A DNA stretch of 64,000 bases from an uncultured bacterium (GCA_964451165.1 CAYVGJ010000005.1:85695-149694), one strand, 5' to 3'. Shown: positions 10,734-20,026, numbered from the stretch's first letter. Made by a program: numbers and translations. The notes: a model not told the origin generated them from the letters alone.

Positions 10734-11507
10734 TTAATCCGCTATATTTTTGCGTTCAATATTTGACCGATATTTATCAAACCTCGATTTTCTGCGGGAT
10801 GGACCAATATCACCAGGAGTCTGGTTTTCTGAATCAGGCTGATTTTCATCTTCGGATACCGCAAAATCAATATTATCCGGTAAAGGTTCGTCTTCAGGAT
10901 AAATATAGTCAAAAAGTTCGTCAGCTTTTTTCTCATCAAGCTTTTTCAGCTCCCGGTACTCTTCGATTGCTTTTATTTTGTCTCCGGCATTTAAATATAA
11001 TAATCCAAGACAATATCGTGTATGAATATCACCCGGCATCATCACTTTCACTCTTTCAAAAGTAGTAACGGCTTCGTTAAAATCTTCGCAATAATAGTAT
11101 GCCCACCCAAGTTCTCTTAGTAATTCCGGGTCATACGTGTTTATAGAAGATAGTTTTTCATACATTTCCTTAAGTTTGCTATATTCTTTCAAATGTTTAT
11201 AAATATCTGCAAGCGATAAATAAGCTTCCACATTATCAGGCTCTATGGATAAGGCTTCGTTATACCACTTTTCAGCATTCACAAAATCACGAAGACGGAA
11301 AAAATTATCCCCCATTTCGCAACACATCTCGGCAGTTTTATCACCACCGGACATATAAAATTCAATCCGTTTTATTTCTTTCTGGATAAATCTCTTTGCT
11401 AAAAATTTTTTAAGCCAGATAACTAAAAAAATCAGGAGCAGGACAACTATTAAGGCAATCGACCCATAGATTATTAGGTCTTTGTAAAGTGATAAATACA
11501 TTCTCAC
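10734..11507 (-). CDS. TPR-repeat protein with N-terminal membrane anchor
   Basis: N-terminal TM helix followed by TPR-like repeats (W/Y-x-A-x-Y periodicity) and an acidic C-terminal tail. Non-ATG (GTG) first codon possible. Probably co-transcribed with queE-queC. Confidence 0.55.
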   Translation of the reverse strand: MRMYLSLYKDLIIYGSIALIVVLLLIFLVIWLKKFLAKRFIQKEIKRIEFYMSGGDKTAEMCCEMGDNFFRLRDFVNAEKWYNEALSIEPDNVEAYLSLADIYKHLKEYSKLKEMYEKLSSINTYDPELLRELGWAYYYCEDFNEAVTTFERVKVMMPGDIHTRYCLGLLYLNAGDKIKAIEEYRELKKLDEKKADELFDYIYPEDEPLPDNIDFAVSEDENQPDSENQTPGDIGPSRRKSRFDKYRSNIERKNIAD

Positions 11508-11778
11508 AATAGACAGCTCCTTCAGAATTTTAATCTTGATTTAATTCTGCCAAACAAGTTTTATAAGTCTTTTTGAGTTTACACATAGATCTAACTTTTA
11601 ACACCATTACCTTTATATCAAATAAAACACTTTCTCTGCGTAAAGTCAAAACAAACATAAATCTTTTTCAGCACTCTCAATTTATATCGAACAAATTCAT
11701 TCATAACATTATGAAATTTAATCTAAACGAAAAAAAAGTTCAAGTTTTCTTTTTTTTTGAGAGGCAATGTTGATTGTG

Positions 11779-12786
11779 TTATTCGAAGGATTCTGAGCGG
11801 AAAGGCATCGATTTTTCCGCAGGATCAGAAGTGTATTTTATTTCAACGTCGCGTTTGTTTATATCATATACTTCAAGAAGCGACTCAAAATCACTGGAAG
11901 AGAGTTCATTATTACGTTTTGTCGAACCATCTGGAGAAAATATCATCTTTTCATTCTCGTTAACATAATACCGTTCTGTTTTTACTTTGCTTCTAAAAAC
12001 GACTTCCTGTGTTACCTCTACTTTACCGTCAAGGACAGCCACCTCTACATTATTTCCTTGATTTTCAGGTAACACATTAACCATAAACTGAGTACCTCGT
12101 ACTCGCACGTTAACTGTATTTGTACGAATTCTAAAATCTGTCTTCACTCCGCGATTATTTACATCGGCAAGAAATTTTCCCTGCCGCAAAGTACATAAAA
12201 ATTTATACTGGTTTTGCTGTTCAATTATTTCATCGAACTTCACTTCAGTTTTTTCACCGATACTAACCTTAAACCTGTTTTGCATAACAATATCTATTTT
12301 ACCATAATTACCGGTAGATATAGTTTTCCCAGCCATTGAGAACATCTTTGGATATGCTTTCTCAATTACCGCGTTATCATTCATAATAGATACTTCGCCT
12401 TTAACATAAGTTATTTTTGGGGAGGATATATCTGATGGCCTGTTCCCCAAGAAAAAAGACAAACCGGCTAAAAAAATAAACATCGCCGCAACCGCGGGAA
12501 TAACAAACTTAAATATACTGTTTCCCAGATAGGAAAACTTTTTCATATGATGTTGCGCAGACTCATTCATAAAAACTAAATTTTCCTCAAATGATGAATA
12601 ATAATCGCGCGAAGGTTCCACTTCCGGTAATTGTTTAAATAACTCCGATAGTTTGCTCAATAAAATATAATCCTTCTTACATTCAGCACACTGCGCAATA
12701 TGCCCCGAAATCTTTTCTCTCAACTCCGGAGTACATTCACCATCAATGTAATAAGATATTAATTTATTGGTTTCTTTACAATTCAT
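11779..12786 (-). CDS. Anti-sigma factor, zf-HC2 zinc-finger plus TM plus FecR-like periplasmic domain
   Basis: N-terminus 'GECTPELREKISGHIAQCAECKKDY' (H-x3-C-x2-C anti-sigma zinc finger), one TM helix, then a beta-rich FecR-like domain. Confidence 0.6.
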   Translation of the reverse strand: MNCKETNKLISYYIDGECTPELREKISGHIAQCAECKKDYILLSKLSELFKQLPEVEPSRDYYSSFEENLVFMNESAQHHMKKFSYLGNSIFKFVIPAVAAMFIFLAGLSFFLGNRPSDISSPKITYVKGEVSIMNDNAVIEKAYPKMFSMAGKTISTGNYGKIDIVMQNRFKVSIGEKTEVKFDEIIEQQNQYKFLCTLRQGKFLADVNNRGVKTDFRIRTNTVNVRVRGTQFMVNVLPENQGNNVEVAVLDGKVEVTQEVVFRSKVKTERYYVNENEKMIFSPDGSTKRNNELSSSDFESLLEVYDINKRDVEIKYTSDPAEKSMPFRSESFE

Positions 12787-12895
12787 CTTTCAGCCTTTTA
12801 AAACAAAATTAAATCTACTATAAATAGAAATTTTTACATTCAATAATATATAAAACAAATATTTTTTAAGAAAATTACAAATTTTTCTCAATTTT

Positions 12896-13570
12896 TTAAT
12901 TTTTTTTATTTTTATTTATGTAAGGGTCTATCTGTTCTTTGGTTATGTAACCAGAACTTTGCAGTTGCATTATTTGATCTATCACCACTAAATCGTCAGG
13001 GTTTCTATCCAAAATCTTCTTATATTCCTCAAATGCCCTTTCAGGATAACCGTGTAATTTCAAAAATTCAGCGAATTCTTTGATCAGTTCCATATTATCA
13101 GGCTCAATTAAACAAAGATTTTTATACTCAACCACTGCCATATTTATATTATCCATTCGCAAATAAAGATAAATTATATTTCTTTGAAGGTTAACCGCCT
13201 CCTTTTTATCAGCCTGAGTATCAGCTAAAATCAATTTTACAGCTTTTTTATAATAGTTCAGCGCCTCTCTTCTTTTACCGAGAAGTTGCCCCACATTCCC
13301 AGCCTCCATAAGTAAATTTACATTTTCATTATCCAATTCAATAGCTTTTACCGCATTTTCCCATTTTATTTTATAATGATTCTGCATTTTCTGATATTTT
13401 GATGAATCATTATCGGAATCCGATTTTTTCCCGGCACTGTTTTCAAACGAATCAGGTTTTTTACCTGCTTTTTCCACCTGTTCGGAATCACTCTGTGCAT
13501 AAACTCCTGGAATAATCATCGCTAAACACAGAACCAAATTTATTGTAAAAAATATCTTTCCTTTACTCAT
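12896..13570 (-). CDS. Secreted TPR-repeat protein
   Basis: Signal peptide 'MSKGKIFFTINLVLCLAMIIPGVYAQ' followed by TPR repeats. Confidence 0.55.
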   Translation of the reverse strand: MSKGKIFFTINLVLCLAMIIPGVYAQSDSEQVEKAGKKPDSFENSAGKKSDSDNDSSKYQKMQNHYKIKWENAVKAIELDNENVNLLMEAGNVGQLLGKRREALNYYKKAVKLILADTQADKKEAVNLQRNIIYLYLRMDNINMAVVEYKNLCLIEPDNMELIKEFAEFLKLHGYPERAFEEYKKILDRNPDDLVVIDQIMQLQSSGYITKEQIDPYINKNKKN

Positions 13571-13764
13571 TAATCGCTCCTTTATCGCTTATTTAGACAT
13601 TATTTATGACGGTGTAGATATTAAAATATTCCTTTTATTTTTTCAAATTTATAATATAGATTTTTGCCTGACATAATTCTCAGCACATTTATTTTAGGAA
13701 CAAATTATGCTTAATAATCTTATCGGCCTGATAATAAACAAATTTAACTCTCCGGGAGGATAAA

Positions 13765-15123
13765 ATGGACGGCTTTCAAGTTAACCAATTTCCTGTAAAT
13801 ATACCATTGGTGCAAAACTGGCAGCAAATTCCCAACAATGTTCAAGGTAATGCTTTGCCTGCACAATCGTTTCAGGAAAATCTGGAAAAAGCCCAACAGG
13901 AAAAATTTTCCTCTTACGACGAAACCCGAGAAACTAATTTTCCCTCTTCGCAACCATATCAGGAACAGTATAATTATCAATACCCCGAAAGCGATTCAGA
14001 TTATAATATCGAGGAAAAAAACAACAGTAGCCCCCATAACAACGGCCGGAATTACATAAACTATACACCATCTCCTGTTTACTCAACAAATCAAGACACT
14101 ATACAAGATTATCAAGCCAATAGTTATACACAATCAGAGGAATACCCGAAAAATATTAAAGCCGCCCAGCAGAACAACTTTTCATCGGATTATAATTCAG
14201 ACTACAATAATTCAACAGCTGTAACTGATCTGGAACCAAAACAAATACAACAATCCATACCCGCAGTAATTAAAAAAGATAATATCGCCAATAACTCATT
14301 TAACAACTCAGTTCAAACAAATGATAATCCCGGAATAATCGAACAAATCAGAATGTATAAGGAAGATCAGCTTATGGCTAACCCGGGTGGCGATTATTAT
14401 ACAGAGAATGAAAACGGACAGATTCAATACAATCCGAATTTTGACAACTCAAATTTCGCAAACAGAGTCGGCAAAGACATATCTGATTCAGCCTCAAACA
14501 TAAAAAACGCCGTTGCCAATTTGGCGGCAGGTGCAAAATACAGCTACATTGATAGCGAAGGCAAAATTCAAACAGCACAAAAGACCGGACTGCTTAAAAC
14601 AATGGGAAATTTCGCAAAACATTTTTTTGATGCTATAACTTTCGGCTCTTTTAATAAAGAGACACCACAAAATCAGAATATTATTCAAAAAGCCGGATAT
14701 TCCGCGAAAAAACTTCTGGTTGATGGTGTAGTAAAAGATGTTTTAATCGGCATTCCCCACAGTATGATTAACGCCGGAGAAAATGTTCTTCTTGCCACAA
14801 TGAATGCCATGGAAGTTGTACCTGACGCAACAATCGGTAACATGAAAGCCGGTGAGAAAATAACCACTTCCCTTTTCGATAACGGACAAGTCGCTGTAAA
14901 CTATATTTCCGATATAATGCCTACTGGTGAAGCATGGATGAGAGTTAACGCTCCAGGCTCAACCGATTCAGGTTTGAAACTACCTATTTTATATAATTTA
15001 AAAACTCCTCAACAGGGATTGGAAGACATGCGATGGGCATCCGTAAGAAATACACCGTTCAGAAAAGCTATTGAAACAGTCGGAAGCTTATTGAGTCAAA
15101 TAGTAACTATGGCCGCACCATAA
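13765..15123 (+). CDS. Q/N/Y/S-rich low-complexity (prion-like composition) protein with a globular C-terminal domain
   Basis: Strong SD (GGAGG) 6 nt upstream of the ATG. The first ~230 aa are extremely Q/N/Y/S-rich; the C-terminal ~220 aa are ordinary in composition. No signal peptide. Confidence 0.6.
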   Translation: MDGFQVNQFPVNIPLVQNWQQIPNNVQGNALPAQSFQENLEKAQQEKFSSYDETRETNFPSSQPYQEQYNYQYPESDSDYNIEEKNNSSPHNNGRNYINYTPSPVYSTNQDTIQDYQANSYTQSEEYPKNIKAAQQNNFSSDYNSDYNNSTAVTDLEPKQIQQSIPAVIKKDNIANNSFNNSVQTNDNPGIIEQIRMYKEDQLMANPGGDYYTENENGQIQYNPNFDNSNFANRVGKDISDSASNIKNAVANLAAGAKYSYIDSEGKIQTAQKTGLLKTMGNFAKHFFDAITFGSFNKETPQNQNIIQKAGYSAKKLLVDGVVKDVLIGIPHSMINAGENVLLATMNAMEVVPDATIGNMKAGEKITTSLFDNGQVAVNYISDIMPTGEAWMRVNAPGSTDSGLKLPILYNLKTPQQGLEDMRWASVRNTPFRKAIETVGSLLSQIVTMAAP

Positions 15124-15273
15124 TATCCTATTGTATAACACAAAGATTTAAATCATATACTTATTTGCTTGAATAAATTTCTTTCATGTATATAATATTT
15201 TCGTTTTTATTTGAATTATTTTCTTATTTATATTTGTTTTGAATTAAACTATAGAATTGAGAGGTATATTTTT

Positions 15274-15831
15274 ATGATCAAAGCTTCAGATTTAAGAAGA
15301 GGCACGGCTTTTCTGCTTAATAATGAAATCCATGTCGTAACAGAAACTCAACACAGAACACCAGGAAATTTGAGGGCTTTTATACAGCTTTCATACAAAA
15401 ATTTAAATACCGGAAAAATTTATTCCAACAGATACCGCCCTACAGATGAATTTGACCAGGTCGAACTCGTTTCAAAACCGGTTCAGTATTTATATAAGGA
15501 AACAGAGAACTACTATTTTATGAAACTTGACGATTACGAAACAATATTTCTTACTGCCGACTATATCGGAGACGACTGCAGGTTCCTTAAAGAGAATATG
15601 GAATTATCTATTATGTTCTGCAAAGAAAAACCCATTCAACTTGAACTACCTACAAGTGTGGCGCTAAAAGTCATAACGACTATACCTGGCATTAAAGGCG
15701 ATACAGTCACAAACGTGACAAAACCAGCCACTTTGGAAAGCGGTTATGAAATCGGCGTACCTTTATTCATCAAAGAAGGCGATGTTATAAAAATTGATAC
15801 AAGAACCGGCGATTATTTGGGCAAAGCCTGA
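15274..15831 (+). CDS. efp: Elongation factor P family protein (EF-P/EfpL-like)
   Basis: Start at 'MIKASDLRRG' with a GAGAGG SD; three-domain EF-P architecture; C-terminal 'KPATLESGYEIGVP'. The loop reads 'HRTPGNLRAF' rather than the canonical PGKG. Confidence 0.85.
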   Translation: MIKASDLRRGTAFLLNNEIHVVTETQHRTPGNLRAFIQLSYKNLNTGKIYSNRYRPTDEFDQVELVSKPVQYLYKETENYYFMKLDDYETIFLTADYIGDDCRFLKENMELSIMFCKEKPIQLELPTSVALKVITTIPGIKGDTVTNVTKPATLESGYEIGVPLFIKEGDVIKIDTRTGDYLGKA

Positions 15832-15856
15832 TATTTTTTAGGTTTATTTATTTCAC

Positions 15857-15892
15857 AGGCAATCATTCTTCTATATGATTGCCTTTTTTTTG
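15857..15892 (+). terminator. Rho-independent terminator downstream of efp
   Basis: Perfect 10-bp inverted repeat 'aggcaatcat'/'atgattgcct' with an 8-nt loop, followed by T8. Confidence 0.55.
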
Positions 15893-15965
15893 TTTTGAAT
15901 TGCGAGTCTATCCTAAATCTAAAAATAATTTTGCCGATATATAAAAAATAACGGAGGAAATTACT

Positions 15966-16628
15966 TTGGACAAAAAAATTGACAATAATTCAGCGATAAA
16001 TTCGGCAACAAGCGCATATCAAGATAATAATAAAAATAAAGCTGAATTCGTAATCAACGAATCAAATACAACAAAAAAAGCTCTTTGCGAAGTAAAATGC
16101 CAGCAATGCGGTGAAAAAACAAAAATCGCATGGATGCCGGGAATGCCATGTCCTGTTTGCGGTTCGAAATCATTTCTTCCCATAATAAAAGTTGATCACA
16201 TTGAAAGAGAAAAAAATAACGTAAATGTTATCAAAATTGAAAAAATTGAAAAAAAGGTAAATTATAAACAAAAAATAAAAAAACTGGCATCGAGAAAAAA
16301 TATTGCCATTCTCACAATTACCATCCTCGCCCTGATATGGATAAAAATAGGCTTGTTTTTACTAAATGATAGATTAAATAAATCTGTTCCTCCAGCTAAT
16401 CTGGTTTGGGAATATTACTGTTCCAAATGTGATCATGAATTTTACGATAAACCCCAGATTCCGCCTCTGGTATGTCCTTTATGCGGTAAAAAACAGGCTA
16501 ATATGGTCTTTTACTGTCTTGATTGCAAAACAAAATTCCCGCTATCGGATAAAGAAAAGACACCAAGATGTCCAAAATGCACTTCAAATAAAATAATCGC
16601 ATACCGTCCTGATATAAATAAGAAATAA
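15966..16628 (+). CDS. Membrane protein with multiple zinc-ribbon (CxxC...CxxC) modules flanking one TM helix
   Basis: TTG start with a GGAGG SD. Contains 'CQQCGEK...CPVCGS', a TM helix 'IAILTITILALIWIKIGLFLL', then 'CSKCDHE...CPLCGKK' and 'CLDCKTK...CPKCTS'. Confidence 0.55.
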   Translation: MDKKIDNNSAINSATSAYQDNNKNKAEFVINESNTTKKALCEVKCQQCGEKTKIAWMPGMPCPVCGSKSFLPIIKVDHIEREKNNVNVIKIEKIEKKVNYKQKIKKLASRKNIAILTITILALIWIKIGLFLLNDRLNKSVPPANLVWEYYCSKCDHEFYDKPQIPPLVCPLCGKKQANMVFYCLDCKTKFPLSDKEKTPRCPKCTSNKIIAYRPDINKK

Positions 16629-16634
16629 TTACGA

Positions 16635-17753
16635 TTACTTTTTCATAGGGGCAAGTATAATATCATAAATCCATTGCGCCGCGCGGGATATCTCTTCCAC
16701 AAGTACGTATTCGTCATTGGTATGAGGCTCCCATGAACCGGTACCAAGAACAACGGCCGGAATCCCATTTTGATTAAATACATTAGCATCGCTTCCACCA
16801 AAGGAAGATTGAATCACCAATGGTTGTGATGAAGCCGTTTGTGCAAACCGAATTATTTCTGAATCCGGTTCGATATAAAAACCTTGATAATCTTTTTGCC
16901 CGGTAAATTCAACCCGTCCGTTATCAACTTCGGTTTGTTTGCTGAATACAGATTGGATTTTTGACCATTGTTTATCAATATTTCGATCGTGATATGAACG
17001 GATTTCACCTTTTATCGTAACATTTTCCGGTACAATATTTGTGGCTTTACCGCCTTCAATAAAACCGATATTCAAAGTTGTTTCCGGATTGATTTTGCCT
17101 TGAGGAATTTTCGTGATAGCTTTCGAGGCTATTGAAATAGCGTTGATCCCATTTTCAGGAGCTATACCTGCGTGAGCCGCCTTACCGATAACATCAATAC
17201 TGAATCGCATTGCTGATGGAGATTGGTTTATTAAAGTCCCTTCGGTTGTATTTCCACTATCCAAAACATAGGCATATTTACCTTTAAGCTGAGAAAAATC
17301 AAAACATTTTATGCCGAGTAATCCAATCTCTTCACAAATTGAAAACACGACTTCAATATTGCCGAATTTTTCTTTGTTTTCCTGTAAACTGCGCAATACT
17401 TCACAAATTATCGCTACACCTAATCTATTGTCCGCGCCAAGTATTGTATTACCGTCAGAGGTAATTTTACCATTGGAACAAATCGGTTCCAGATTTTTTG
17501 TCGATGATATGGTATCCATATGTGCAGATAAAATTACCGTCGGTACCGATTGGTTGGTACCCCGTATTTTCATGATTAAGTTACCGCAATTACCATATAC
17601 CAGATCACCGGAATTATCTTCGTGGATAGTTAGAACATAATCTTTGAAATGATCAAAAATAAAATTTTTAACTTCTTTTTCACAACGGGAAGTACCATCG
17701 ATTTTTACAAGCTGTAAAAAAGTAGAGACCAATCTTTCCGGAGATATCTTCAT
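16635..17753 (-). CDS. M20-family metallopeptidase (PepT-like tripeptidase)
   Basis: 'LSAHMDTI' and 'GADNRLG', with M20 catalytic/dimerisation-domain layout. 372 aa. Confidence 0.65.
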   Translation of the reverse strand: MKISPERLVSTFLQLVKIDGTSRCEKEVKNFIFDHFKDYVLTIHEDNSGDLVYGNCGNLIMKIRGTNQSVPTVILSAHMDTISSTKNLEPICSNGKITSDGNTILGADNRLGVAIICEVLRSLQENKEKFGNIEVVFSICEEIGLLGIKCFDFSQLKGKYAYVLDSGNTTEGTLINQSPSAMRFSIDVIGKAAHAGIAPENGINAISIASKAITKIPQGKINPETTLNIGFIEGGKATNIVPENVTIKGEIRSYHDRNIDKQWSKIQSVFSKQTEVDNGRVEFTGQKDYQGFYIEPDSEIIRFAQTASSQPLVIQSSFGGSDANVFNQNGIPAVVLGTGSWEPHTNDEYVLVEEISRAAQWIYDIILAPMKK

Positions 17754-17795
17754 AAAGAACCTTTCTCTTAAAGATTTTTCTCTATATATTATATA

Positions 17796-18866
17796 TCATT
17801 CAAAAATTTTGCAAATCAATTTCAACCAGGACGGTAAATTTTTGTTCATTAAAATGATGGCGTTGATATAAACAGACAATCCGAAAAAGGTTAATGATAA
17901 AATTACTATTATTGTAGTAAAAAGTGAGGATTCTTCTACATATTTTGAGGCATAACAGTTTTTTACTATTTCTTTTGCCTCATCAATATCCATCTTTACG
18001 GATTCATTAGGCTGGTTATCTATTTTCAGCCGGTCTCTTGTAGAAACAGGTATTTTAATTTCTTCTTTGATATTATACTGTGCTGAATCATCCTGAATAT
18101 CCTGTCTCTGAACCGGCATTGAAATATCGGCAGCTATTTCCGGTAATTCCTGATTAACTTCCTCAACCTCTTTTAATTTAATATTTTCTGTATTTTCAGG
18201 TTCAGGTTTATTTTGAACTGATGATTCTACAGCAGGTTCTTTTATTGCTTCTTCTTTCTCATTTTTTATTTTTCTGGCGATTCTCGTTTTACCTTTTTCA
18301 GCAGGTTCTATTGTTATAGCAGAAGATTCCATTAATTTTTTATCGTTTTTCTTATCTTTTTCTTTATCAGTAGATATTTTTATTCGTTCCGATGCGGGTA
18401 TCGAAATTTTACCATCCACCACAGGTTCAGTTGTAACCTTTTCATTTTTATTCGGTTCAGGCTCCGTTTTGGTGGTTTTCGCGTTCAAATTTATCTTTAT
18501 TTTTTTTGAATCCAAAGCTTCGGCCTGTTTTATAGTTTCTTTTATTTCTGTTTCTATCTTTTCCGTCGATTCCCGTAAATTCTCTATTTGTTTTACTATA
18601 TCAACCTGTTGATCCAAAACCTGATTTCTATACTCTATTCCCCATTTCTCAAACGAACCGTTTTCAAGAGCGTCTTTCACTTCTTCTTTCTGCTGAGAGG
18701 ACAATTCTTTTGATGATGAAACATTATATTTCCAACAGATTATCGGGCGGGCATCACGCTCGTATTCATATCCTTTTTCATTGAGCAATTCTACTATTCT
18801 TTGAACTATTTTTTCTTCTTTATTCACGGTAACATTTTCTGTTGAGACTTTAGTTGTATCAGGCAT
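17796..18866 (-). CDS. Hypothetical protein with an N-terminal globular domain, a long K/E-rich linker and a C-terminal TM anchor
   Basis: 356 aa. Charged low-complexity middle region; C-terminal hydrophobic segment 'LFTTIIVILSLTFFGLSVYINAIILM'. Confidence 0.45.
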   Translation of the reverse strand: MPDTTKVSTENVTVNKEEKIVQRIVELLNEKGYEYERDARPIICWKYNVSSSKELSSQQKEEVKDALENGSFEKWGIEYRNQVLDQQVDIVKQIENLRESTEKIETEIKETIKQAEALDSKKIKINLNAKTTKTEPEPNKNEKVTTEPVVDGKISIPASERIKISTDKEKDKKNDKKLMESSAITIEPAEKGKTRIARKIKNEKEEAIKEPAVESSVQNKPEPENTENIKLKEVEEVNQELPEIAADISMPVQRQDIQDDSAQYNIKEEIKIPVSTRDRLKIDNQPNESVKMDIDEAKEIVKNCYASKYVEESSLFTTIIVILSLTFFGLSVYINAIILMNKNLPSWLKLICKIFE

Positions 18867-19014
18867 TTAATAGATCCTTTTAAAAAATTAATTCTAAACA
18901 TTTAATCTTATTTCAAACGATATTCGGATAATCTAATAATAAGCTGCTTTTTTCACAATCGGGAAATTACCCTCAATCCCTATTTATATATATTCGGTAT
19001 TAATCCGAATACAT

Positions 19015-19530
19015 TTAATTTTTTTTGAACAGTTCTTCTTTCTCTTTCAATAGACATTTGTAGACGTCATCGAGCGCCTGGGGAATAACTTTTGTATCGG
19101 ATATAACCGGCATAAAATTGGTATCTCCATCCCATCTTGGAACTATATGTAAATGAACGTGATCAAGCACTCCGGCTCCAGCAACACGGCCAAGATTTAT
19201 CCCGACATTGAATCCATGTGGATTCATGACTTTCGCTATAATTTTCTGGCAATCTTTGACCATATTCATCATTTCACCAAGAATTTCCTGAGATACAGGG
19301 AACAAATCGCCCATATGGGCGTTTGGCGCAACCATTATATGTCCGTTATTATAAGGATATTTATTCAGCAACGCAAAACAATTCGCGCCTCTGAGTAATA
19401 CATGATGCTTGGCGTCATCAGTTGATTTTAAAGCTTGACAAAAAAAACACCCTGGATCTTTATCTACGGTTTTTATATATTCAATTCGCCATGGAGCCCA
19501 AAGACTATGCATAAAAAATCCTTTCGTCAA
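19015..19530 (-). CDS. HIT-family (histidine triad) nucleotide hydrolase/transferase
   Basis: Histidine triad 'HVHLHIVPR', plus N-terminal 'APWR' and Cys/His residues typical of the Ap4A-phosphorylase-like HIT branch. Confidence 0.8.
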   Translation of the reverse strand: MTKGFFMHSLWAPWRIEYIKTVDKDPGCFFCQALKSTDDAKHHVLLRGANCFALLNKYPYNNGHIMVAPNAHMGDLFPVSQEILGEMMNMVKDCQKIIAKVMNPHGFNVGINLGRVAGAGVLDHVHLHIVPRWDGDTNFMPVISDTKVIPQALDDVYKCLLKEKEELFKKN

Positions 19531-20021
19531 ATAGTAAATATTTCCGCTTCAATATTTTTCTCTTCCGTTATAAACAACATCCCGAACGATTGCCGGCTCA
19601 TATAAACCTTATCAGCGGCGGACCCGGGATTAAACATCAAAACACCGTTTATTATATTCTTTTCCGCCGTATGAGTATGTCCGTATACCACACAATCGAC
19701 ATTATCATTCTTAAATAACCTCAGTATTCTTTTTTTTATACCGATAGGTGAACCTGCCCCATGGGTTATACCTATACGCACACCCGCTATTTCAATAACC
19801 ATCTTCCCCGGTAAAACAGATTTTATCTCGTCACTATCCATATTACCCGCAACCGCATGCACAGGCGCTATTTGCTGTAACTCTTCGATTACCCGCATTT
19901 CAACAATGTCACCGGCATGTATGATACAATCCACCTTTTCAAAAGCACTTAGTATTTCGCTCGCTATATCATCTGATCTGGCTGGAATATGAGTATCTGA
20001 AATTACACCTATAGTGACCAA
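19527..20021 (-). CDS. YfcE/MJ0936-family metallophosphoesterase
   Basis: 'GVISDTHIP', 'HAGD', 'GNMD' and 'GHTH' calcineurin-like motifs. 164 aa. Confidence 0.8.
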   Translation of the reverse strand: MVTIGVISDTHIPARSDDIASEILSAFEKVDCIIHAGDIVEMRVIEELQQIAPVHAVAGNMDSDEIKSVLPGKMVIEIAGVRIGITHGAGSPIGIKKRILRLFKNDNVDCVVYGHTHTAEKNIINGVLMFNPGSAADKVYMSRQSFGMLFITEEKNIEAEIFTI

Positions 20022-20026
20022 CTTTT

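Noticed and set aside
11508-11778. Possible preQ1 riboswitch in the 5' leader of the TPR-queE-queC transcription unit
   Set aside because: Read the minus-strand leader for the preQ1-I hairpin plus the A-rich 'AAAAAACUA' tail and for preQ1-II features, and found no convincing match. A covariance-model search (Rfam RF00522/RF01054) would be decisive.
13700-13764. 18-codon upstream ORF (MLNNLIGLIINKFNSPGG) overlapping the SD of the Q/N-rich gene
   Set aside because: Could be a leader peptide, but it has no SD of its own and no obvious attenuator structure. Most likely chance.
18960-19014. Inverted repeat 'attcggtattaatccgaat' just downstream of the HIT gene
   Set aside because: Short 6-bp stem without a following U-tract on the transcribed strand. 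It is weak as an intrinsic terminator and was not reported as a feature.
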